Shown here: positions 49,001 to 60,300 of the stretch, piece after piece
Position numbering within the stretch: the first letter of the stretch is position 1
Layout: each line of letters starts with the position of its first letter
DNA from: Glycera tridactyla
Taxonomy: Eukaryota
Reading direction: 5' to 3'
Length of the DNA: 64,000 nucleotides
Assembly: GCA_965644265.1 (NCBI GenBank)
Contig: OZ286460.1
Span: forward strand, 28,334,001-28,398,000
Notes under the pieces: model-generated
The model's input: only the letters and a program-made list of their open reading frames with translations
Told to the model about the DNA's origin: nothing
The model's database searches: none
Made by a program: the position numbers and the translations under genes

Positions 49001-52000
49001 CTCATGATGTCTCTGTGAATTATACCTATACAACACTTTGTCAGTATATATATGATACAGTTGAACCTGTCTTTAAACAAAACCCCTGGTTGCATCAGAG
49101 TGGTCTTTGTAGACATTGTCCTTGAATTTACAGATGAAACATAAGACAGTAAAATTGGCAGGTACCTCAGCAGTGTTTAATTTATGATCATTTGCAGGAA
49201 GGCATGTGAAAGTGACAGGTAGTGCGAATGAAAATCCCACTCCACCTGCCTGAAGGACAGCTGAAGAAAAAAGTTAATGTAGAGCCCTGTTTACAATAAT
49301 AATTGATTAATTGATTGGGTCTGTTCATGGAAATAATCACAAAATGTATCCAGTGTTCACATGGTTACTCAGTGGGTGGTATAGTCCATGATAAGCCAGT
49401 AACTCTATCCATGTGCAGTTGTCTGTGCATGCACAAGCCTCTCATTAGATCCACACTTTATTAAGGTACGATGGGGTTGAATGCAAAAATAATCAAGAAA
49501 ACATTGGAAAAGCATCGCTGTTTACTCATTATTGCCCGTGAACGTATGTAGGTCCAAAATATGGTAGAAATCAAACAATGTTTAAAGTTTGTTTGGTTTT
49601 GAGAATCAAACTTCAAACTTGAAAAAAAAATCAAATCTCAACACTAGTACAAATACAGTCGAACCTGTCTATGAAGACCGCCTTCGGTCGCATCAAAAAG
49701 CGGTCTTTATAGGCAGGTGGTCTTTATAGAGAGGTCATTTACTGTTGAAAATACTACCACGGTTGCAGCTCAGGTGGTCTTTATAGAGAGGTGGTCTTTA
49801 TAGAGAGGTGGTCTTTAGAGCAGGTTCGACTGTATATTGTAAAAGATGTTCTGCTTTTTCAGGTGCAATGCAGCCCAGTGAAAGAAAGCGTGCTTGGCAT
49901 TCGAAACGTATCTTCTTCCTGACTCCACAAGTGATGGTTAATGATTTGACGCGTGGAGCATTTCCTGCTGAATATGTTCGATGTTTAGTGTGTGATGAGG
50001 CTCATAAAGCAACTGGGAACCATGCATACTGCCAGGTAATATTATGTCCCCAACAACAGAGAATGTACAGTATTATACTAGTGCACACTGAAGTCGGATC
50101 CAGAGTGTGATCATGCATGATGGATAAGTAAGGTCTCAATTGTTTGAAGTGAAAAAGAAGCCATGAAGATTTGAACAGGGATATTCTTACTTGGGAAAAT
50201 GTATTGGTCTTACGGGCACATTGATGCAGATTCCATGTGCCATTCCGGATTTGTGTGTGCCACAAACCATGTAATCATATGAAAGTATTGAAAATTCCAT
50301 GTGCCTTCTGGGCACAAGATATATGGTTTAATGTGCCCTTTCTCAACTTTATGTGCCATTTAGCACAGGGCACAACGTAAAATTATCTCTGTTTGAATAT
50401 GTGTAGTTCCTGACTTCCTGAAAATTGGCATAGGAAGCAGATCTGATGGAGAAACTTTAAAGCATTCGGTTTCCTTATGGAGAGGTAAGAATTCTTGGTA
50501 CTCACAGTTAAAAAGATTCTGTGTAGAAGCTTTCAAAATGCATCCAAATTCAGTCTTTAGCTACTGGCTACTGCGGTGTTTGCTGTTGCTGATCACATGA
50601 CCCGGAAGTCAGGGTTGGATCACATGATCGGGTGATGATCTCCCTGTATATACTTGGGAGTGTGTGTGGACCCCGGTGCCTGTTCGAGGATGGTTCGATG
50701 GTGGTGATCTGTATGGCTTCTGCAACACCTCTCTTAAACCATCCCGATTCAGGTTTTCCCTGTACTTAGTGAAGTTTAGTGAGATGTTCTTCCAGGAGAG
50801 TAAGTTTGGTGATCAGATTAGGATAATCTCCAGGTTACAGGTGGTGGCTTGCTGGGTCTTATTCCCAGGCTGACCTGGAAACTGGTAATTGTGTCTTGAT
50901 CACTCATCACTACTGTCACATACAAGCCCATCATCTGTTAGTTGCACTTCTGTATCAAAAATGGCTTGTTTGCATACTGTACAGTGGTGGTATTGTATGC
51001 ATACAGCCCTCCCCCCCCCCCCACAAGGCGAGTGGGTGTGAGTGCACATAAAACAACTTGGCAAGAATTCACTCACATGTACCAATTATTGTTGTTGGTT
51101 GTTTTTCTCTATGTGTTGTCCTTTGCCCATTAGTCTGAACCTGTATCCATCTGCACATTACACCTATCCAACTCAGTGTACCAGTTAGCATAATTTGTGT
51201 TTACATATTGTCCTCACAAGCATATCCTACATCTAGCGTGATCTGTTTCAGGTGGTACGAGAACTAAGCAGGCACACAGATCAATATCGAATTCTAGCTT
51301 TGAGTGCTACACCAGGTGGTGACATCAAAGCTGTCCAGACTGTTGTTACCAATATGAACATTTCTAACATCGAGCTGCGTGGTGAAGACTCGGATGACAT
51401 TCGCCCTTACACTCATGAGAGAGTTGTCGACAAAATTGTGGTGCCGCTCGGGGAAGAGCTTACTGCTGTGCGAGAGAAGTACTTCTCTGTGAGTTAAAAT
51501 CTCCGTCTATCTAATCTTTTACATAATATGCATGTGATTTAGTGGCAACTGCAGTGGTTCTATTCTTGATTGACTCAATGTAGATAAGGTAGTATGATTC
51601 TATCTCAAGTTTCTGGGATTATTGGATTTTCAGCATAATCCATAACATTTCCATACTATTTTTGGATTTCAAGAAGAATTCAAAGTCTCATTGGGAAAAT
51701 AATATGGCCAGCCTGGATATAAATACAGGTCTCTCAAGGGCCCCCAGAGCCCTTTAGATCAAGAAAAGTATGCTTTCAGCCCTGTATAACCCTTGAATTT
51801 CATTTTCTACCCCGCCTAAACAAAGTTTGGAAGAGGGTATACTGGAGTCACTCTATTGGTCAGTCGGTCGGTCAGTTGGTCTGTCTGCAAAAAGTTTGTC
51901 CTGCAAACTACATCCACATTTCTCAAGCTATTGGATTGTGACATTACATATGTCATCACCATGAAGTGTAGATAGACACAATTTCATGCAGATTGATCAA

Positions 52001-55000
52001 TACATTCCAGAGTTATTCAAGAAAAAAGGAGATTTTTTGTATCTGTGTGTTTGGTTGTATCTGTAAGTTTGGAATTCTTTGAGACAGCTGAGAATTTACG
52101 AGGCTCATTCATAGTCTGTATGGTGTAAGGCCTCTCACACTCCCCTTGGCTTTCCTTTCATTCTTATGCAAAATTTTCCGGTGATAGACATGCTTCTGTT
52201 GTTCTTCTATATGACTGTGTTCCATTTCTTTGCTCTCTCCACAGTTACATAACACACCCTATTTCCTTCCCTCAACACGCAAACACACACATGCATGCAC
52301 ACACATAGCCAAACCTGCTTGAGAGACCATTTCTCTACAAAGACCACCTGCCTATAAACGTCACCCTGAGCTATGCCAGTGATACTTTTCAACAGTAAAT
52401 GACCTCTATCAAAACCACCTGTCTACAAAGGCTACTTTTTGGTGTGACAGGTGGTGGCCTTTATAGACAGGTCGACTGTACCTTGGCCATTATGCATACA
52501 TTCTTAGTATCAAAGGGGCGGTGGGGGTATTTTTAGTCACTTCTTTGGCCTTGAAAATACATTGGAAATGTCTTTCACTTGGAAAGTCAATGATTTTAGT
52601 GGATTCAGGGCTAAAAGGGCCTTGAAAGGCATATTTGATAGATGATGTTAGAATGAGAAATTCAAGGACTTTTCAAGGCCATAGGTATGATTTTCTAGGC
52701 CTGACCAGTGACATGAGAAAGTAAGAGAAATACAAGTTGTTATAATGACCTGATTCCACACTAATTGATTTGCCTTGAGATGAATGCTTGAATGACATTA
52801 TCTAGTGGAAGTAGTTTCCTTGTTGTGATTAGTTACATTTGATATGCATTATTTCAACAGGTGGTAAGTCTGGTTGTGAATCGCCTGCAACGCCAGGGTG
52901 TACTTTACAAAAGAGATGTCAAGAGCCTATCCAAGTTCCTCATCCTGAAATCCCGAGAAGCATTCCGTCAGAATCCACCAATGAATATGCCAGTAAGCAA
53001 ACATTTCTTAATATTCCAGCATGAAATATTCATTGGCTATCTTGTGGTATATAGCAGATATTATCAGTGTTTATTGAAGATCTGAGAATTTGGAAGTGCT
53101 GTGCTGACATGGAACTCAGTTCTGAGTGTCTCAAAGTATCTTTTCGTATGCAAAATGTTTAGAAAAAGTATGGAATAGGGTTCACGAATCTAGATATGAA
53201 CCATGGAAAAAGACAGGTGTACTTTACTAATCTGACCCATGTGAACAGTCATTCATCATAAAGCCATTAGGTAATGCTGGAAATCCCGTATTTCATAATA
53301 GTAAAATCTTTACTTGAATGAAGAATGGGTAACTATCATCCTCATGCTCATCAAAACAACATGGATGGAAATTCCACCATAGCTTTCATCAGTTGTGGTT
53401 CATTTTGACCTTGGTTCCTGATGCTGTTTTGTTACAGAGGAATCAGGTTGGAATAGTCGAGGGTGATTTTGCCTTGTGTATGAGTCTCTATCATGGATAT
53501 GAACTGCTTCAACAACATGGTCTGCGATCATTGACCAACTTCCTGGAGGGCCTCATGAGCGGGGAGAAAGGCTATGGAAGTACTCGCACGGAACTGCAGC
53601 GGAATGCCGTCTTCTGTGACTTACTCGATGACCTTAGAGCCAAGTTCAAACCCATCAAGTATGTAGCATTCAGTTTTCCAAAGAAATTCCTGAGTTTCAA
53701 AATGGAAGTTGATGGGATTTGATTGATAGCTCTTAAACCACAGTTTTTGCGAGTGATTTTGGGTATTTGCAGAGACTTTGAGCTCATTCCCAACAATTCT
53801 GTCTCATTTTCCTGTCGTTATTGTCAGACACATTTCTCCTGTCATTATTGTCCAGCACATTTCAAAGTCTATTTTTGGCATATTCCTCAGAATGCAGCTG
53901 ATGTGCCAGAATAATAGTTGATGCTCAACCTCTGTGTGTTATGAGTTTTGCACACCAACCACATATATATTAATATAGTATCATTGCGAAATATTTGATA
54001 TGTTTATCATTATTGTTAAAATCTGCATAAATAACTTTCCCGAGCACTGTTGTATCATTGACCATCCTTTCAGGGCAGCTATTCCACATACCCAGGTGAC
54101 TCAAGATCATGGTACGCCTGGAAAACCTGTTGTTACAGGACACCCCAAAATGAAGAAATTGGAAGAAGTGGCACTCGAACATTTCCACAAATTCCAGGAA
54201 TCGGGTGAGTGACTAGCCTGAATCAAGGGGAAAATGCCAAATTGCAAAGTACACTCTACCTGAAAAGTTTTGAGACTTTGACTCAGAGTTAAGGTGCCAA
54301 ATGTCAAAATTCAGTGAAAACTACAGATCCAGGGCATGACAAGATGGCTTCCCACCTGCCCGGGGCAGGTAGATTTCAAAGGTGGGCAGGTTGATTTTAA
54401 AACCTACCTGCCCGTTGGACAGGTAGAAAATGATGATAAATCCAATGAACATATAATGGGGGCATGCTGAATTTTGAAGCGGGCAGGTAGATTTGAAAGT
54501 TACCTGCCCGCTGGGCAGGTGGATATTTTTGATGTTGTCATGCCCTGGCCGATCCCCACATGAGAGATTGGCCTACATGGTGGAGATATTACTTGTGAAA
54601 TAGATAAAACTCCTTATTTTTGCAGCAATGGCAGATTGTAGATAATACATGTACAGTGCAAGCAGGGTTCGCACAGACTGGAAATGTTCTGGAAATCATT
54701 ACCTATACTGGAAATGTACTGGAAAACATGTTTTGCACTTTACTGTTCTGGAAAAATACTGGAATTTTCAGATTTGCACTCTGGAACTCATACCTATGTT
54801 CTGGAGATCAACGAAAACCTAGTAATTTCACTCATTTTTGCTGATTGACAGTGCACACTGTAGACATCAATAGTTCTGATAGATCTCAAAATGACCACCA
54901 AGATGTGCACATGAAAAATCGTGATCAGAAAACTCAGTGGTTCAGACATACGACCTTTAGTCGCTGATGCTGCACATATAAAATCACCATTAATTATGAG

Positions 55001-57275
55001 GCATTCATTTCAAAAACCATGAATTTATTGGTTGTGTGTGTTCTGGAAATTCTTCATGGTGTACTGGAAATGTACTGGAAAAACTTTGAATTTTTTTGGT
55101 AAGAACCTTGTATGAACCATGTTCATGGTTGATAGAATAAACAGAAAGTTCAGCAAACCTTGATGATACAGGGCTAAGCCTGCGCCAGTATGCAGTGATG
55201 AAAAGATTTTGAGTTGTGTCGCCCAGAATTGGATAATGATCCATCTCATAATAAGTGAAATGGAGCCATTTCGAACATGTATTTTCATCTAGGTGTATGT
55301 TTGAGAATTTATCCCATTTGTTTTTCCCAGAGGGCTTGGATGAGAAAGGTGGTGTTAAGACTCGAATCATGATATTCTCACAGTATCGAGACAGTGTCAC
55401 TGAGATCACTGAGATTTTGAATCAGCACCGGCCCCTGATAAAAGCCATGAGTTTCATTGGGCAATCCTCTGCCGGAAAGGCAACAAAAGGATTCACACAG
55501 AAAGAACAACTCAAGGTAAAATATTCCTGATATTATGACATGTGTTTGGTGAGATTTTGTTTGAACCAGGCACAGAACTGATGTTAGTGATGATTGTCTC
55601 TTAGTTAGTGTATCCCGAGTACACTTGACTATTTCTTAATGGAATATATATTGTATATATTTGGTCCCTTTTTGCCAGCTGCAGGGCTAAGATCTCGCTA
55701 TAGTTTCACCTCAAGCTGTATCGGTTCTCACACTAGAAAAAGTTGGCCCATTCTCATTTATGATGGATGCAACATCACATATTCTGTCCATTTTGTATAT
55801 CGGTAATTTTTGGAACTCTGATAATAAAATACTGAGATGCCAACCATTATGATTATTCATGTGCCATTTCTTATGGGCATCATCGGCAGGGATATCCCAA
55901 CTGGGGAGAATGTATGGGCCTTTTAGTGCAATGGATGAAGTTTCCATATGTCCTTCTTCCTATCTGTGTGCCCTAGACCATTTCATCTTATGTGGCTGTA
56001 TGTGCCCTTTTCCAACTGAATGTGCCTTCCGGGGCAGGGCATGTATGGATATCTGGGCATCTGACTTCTTCATTTGATGATTGAGAACATCCGGAGTGTT
56101 TCCTGCACAAACATGAATTCTCAATCATTGAGCCTTTCCAAAGATGCCAACCACAACAATTTTAGAGTAGCAACTACATTTTTAGACTAAAATTCTTGCA
56201 TTTCACGAATGAATCTACTCTGCAAAATCAAAATTCTTCTCATTATTCCATTGCAAATATGGACACTATTTGTACTATTTGTGATCCTCGTAGGTTGGCA
56301 TTTGTTACGTTTTACCTACAACACCTCCTCCATTATGTTATGCTTGTTAATGTTACCTTTCATGGTGTAGTGGTAACAGTTCCTTGAAGAATGTGCATAG
56401 GTCCAGCTTCAGTCAAGCCAAAATCAGAATTTTCTTGCTGGAATAAGAAATACCCATGCCAATTGTGTTCACTGCATACCATTCTCCTAGACGTATACAT
56501 CTCTATTGAACACAAATGTTATTTGCCTCAGAGAGTAGGTCTCTTCCCTTGCTGCATCTAGGGAAGTGTCGAATATGCAAGTATATCTTAGCCCCATCTG
56601 TCAGCTGTAGGGCCCAGATCCCCCTATAATCTCACCTTAATAAGCTGTATTGGTCTTCATTCTCTGGACACCTTTCTAGAAAAGGTTGGCCCATTGTCAT
56701 CTAGCATGAATTCAATTTCATGTATTATGTCTGTTTTGTATACTTTTTGGAATTCTGATCATAAAATACAGAGATGCCGACCATTACAATTTTTGAGTAA
56801 TGATCACTATTTTTGATACAAAATTTTGTTTTTCACGCATAATGTTACTCCAAGAAATTCATGGTGCTCATATTCGACCTATGCAATTACCTCTGTCATT
56901 ACTCTTGAAAATTGGCATCATCACTAATTTTGATCATCATAAATTGGTATCACCGTAAAATATCAGACTTGTTTTTGATGTCTTTTAAATGAGGTGTTTA
57001 ATGTGAATCAAATTGGAACCTACCCTTCTCTTCCACCAGGTGATGAAAGCATTCAGAGAGGGAGGCTATAACACCCTTATTTCAACATGTGTTGGAGAAG
57101 AGGGGCTCGATATTGGTGATGTAGATTTGATCATTTGCTTCGATGCTCACAAAAGTCCGATCCGACTCGTGCAGCGAATGGGTCGTACTGGTCGTAAACG
57201 ACAAGGCCGAATTGTTATGTTGCTTACAGAAGGCAAAGAGGAACAAGTGAGAAGTGTGCAATTATTCATTCCAAT

Positions 57276-57333
<58 letters not shown>

Positions 57334-60300
57334 TTTTTGATTAATTTCGTGTCAGTGACATGATGCACGGGCAACAGGTCCATGAAATGTGTCAAATGCC
57401 CAAGCCCAATTTGAATGTAGGGGAGGGGGTCAAATTGATGTGAAGGGGCTATTTACAATGATATTCCAGTTTGAACAAATGTGGTGGGATATGAATAGGT
57501 TTGATGGAGTTTGACCAAAAGCATACGTATAGTGAGTTTGATGTCCTGTTTACATCAGTTGTTGTCTTTCCTAGTCCACAAATATATCCCTCAGCCCAAT
57601 TCAGATTACTGTAGTCTCGCGCGTGTACGCGCACGTTCGGACAAACGCGCACCCCCATGTTTGGCTTGAATGTCGCAATACGCGCACCCTTCTCAGGCAT
57701 ACGCGCACCCTCGAAAAATCCCGGTTGAAATGTGTGAAACCCGAAAGAATGAACGAGAAATCAATCTTTTTACTTATCATTGTCAACGAATCGCCATCTT
57801 GTATCCGTCTCCTCCGCGCATTGCATGATGGGAGATGTTGAAAAATATTAATCGTGCGTACCCTGTTCCCTCCAACCCCAACCTCGTTCTCTATTTGTGT
57901 CATACAAATATTCGATCGCAGACGGTTCTGTTGGGACTAGGGTTCGCAGGCGCAAAGCATCATGGGAGAAATAAAGTTAATATTTACATCATCAAGAAAA
58001 ATGGCAGCCGGGTGTTGGTAAGTGCTTCGTTCCACGTAATAGGGCGAAGAATAAAGCAAAAACAGAGAGTTTCGACAAGGTGCGCGTTTGCACGAAAGTA
58101 CTATATGCGCATCTTCGGACGTACGCGCACCCTGGTTTTCCCATGGATGTCACGATTTCGCTCACTGCGCGTATACGCGCGAGACTACAGTACATCTCAC
58201 CAAGAATATCGAGTGATATGACAACAGTCAATTCATTTCCTGTAATTTGTTCGCTATATTTAGAACCATTTTTGTTTGTGTGAAATGTTCTCAAGTCTTC
58301 ATTCTGTCTTTCAGACTTATAACCAGAGTCAGTACAGCAAGAAAAGCATTGACAAAGCCATTTCCAAAGGGAGTAAATCACTAGCTTTCTATGATAGAAA
58401 TCACCGTCTTGTACCGGACGGCCTGCAGCCAGTGTGTCACAAAATGCATGTGACTATACAGAGCAAGTATAATGCCACAGTGAAGGGCCGAGCAACTGGC
58501 GGTGGGACCAAGAAGACCTCATCTACGGGTGAGTGAAATGGTTGATTAAGTAGAACCCAAAAGAATCAGTACACACAAAAATGCAGATTTCACAGTACTA
58601 CAGCTGACCTGCGACCTCGATTATGGTGTCATAAGGCATTGTACTGCTTGAATTGATGACGTCACAATACCGATCTACACAAAGAAGTTCAGAGTTCATA
58701 CATGTATGCAGTGTTTTTTGGATTGCGGATGTCAGGCCAAAAATCTTGCACAAATCAGCATTTATTTTCCAAATATTCAGGCATTTTTTTTTTTACAGTT
58801 TGAATGTCCTGAAATTACTATGTACAATGTCGGTTTGATCAAGACATGCTTAGCCAGATCAGGTGAAGAATGAGAGAGCAGTTACTACCATCAATTTCTT
58901 ATTATTGGAAACACAGCCAAATTTAGTGAGGCCCTAGTTAAGAAACTGCAGGAACTGAGATCTGAAGGTGTCATAAACGATCAAATGTACCGCCAACTCT
59001 ACCCCACTTCAGCTGTGATTCCTAAATTCTATGGACTTCCAAAAATCCATAAGGCTGACCCTCCGTTGCGACCCATTGTGGCGTCCAGAGGTTCCATAAC
59101 GTATGAGGTAGCTAAGCTAGTAGCCAATATTCTTGCTCCCATTGTAGGCAAAAATAGTTTTGCCCTTAAAAACAGTGCAGACTTGGTTGATCAGATGTCC
59201 CCTCTAAAACTTGAGCAAAGCGAAATCTTGGTCTCTTGACGTCACGGCTCTGTTCACGAGTGTCCCTGTTGAACAGAGCATAAACATCATACTGGATCGC
59301 CTCTCACAAGATCCCACTCTAGGTCAGAGAACTCGCCTCTCTGCTACTCAAGTCTGTGAACTCCTCGGTATTTGCCTGAGAACCACCTACGTCTCCTTCG
59401 ACGACACCATCTACTCCCAAGTCGAAGGTGCTGCTATGGGATCCCCTGTTAGTCCCATTGTAGCTAACTTATTTATGGAATGGTTCAAGGAGTCTGCGAT
59501 ACAAACCTTTCCCTATGAGATTAGTTTATGGGAAAGGTATGTCGACGACACTATGGTTGTCCTGTGTGATTCCCTGCTGGCAGACTTTACCACTCACATC
59601 AACACAATACACCCTGCCATCAAATTCACCAGTGAGGAAGAGGAAGATGAGTGTATTGCTATGCTTGACGCTAAGATTCACAAAGACCCACATGGCTATT
59701 TGAGCTTTATGGTGTATAGGAAAAAGACTCATACTGATCAGTATCTCCAGTACGCCAGCAACCAGCCTCTACAGCACAAGCTCGGTGTCATAAGAACACT
59801 CCACCATCGAGCCAGGACCATCTGCACAGATGACATTAAATTGAAAGAAGAAGTCACCCACCTCCAGAAGTATCTGAACAGAGACCGGGGGAGGCACATT
59901 CTCCCGCCTATATATCGGGAGTTACTCATGTCACGTGACTCAACTTCGATCCTGAGGTCACGTGACAACGACACCGAAACAACACAGTAGCCCTTCGTTT
60001 AGAAGAGAATTCGGATGAGTTCTGAAAGCTCCGACTTTCTAAAACCACTGTGAGTACCGTGAAAACTTCTACCTTCAAGGTGCTTATTATCATGTTGCAG
60101 GATTGAAGAACCTCAATACTGTTCAAGAAGCAGAGGATGATGGACTTCTATCAGAAGATCAGTTGCGCTTCTGGCATAAGAATCTTCGGGTAGATGAAGC
60201 ATTGCCAACACTTCCTGTTGCAGGACATGCATTTGCGACGTTACAGAATCATCAGGTAGATCAGAGCTAATTCTTTCTCACTCTCAGTGCTTGAATGATT

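Noticed and set aside
55690-56830. Local duplications in FANCM intron 7
   Set aside because: Diverged fragments of common repeats; nothing beyond ordinary TE debris is supportable.
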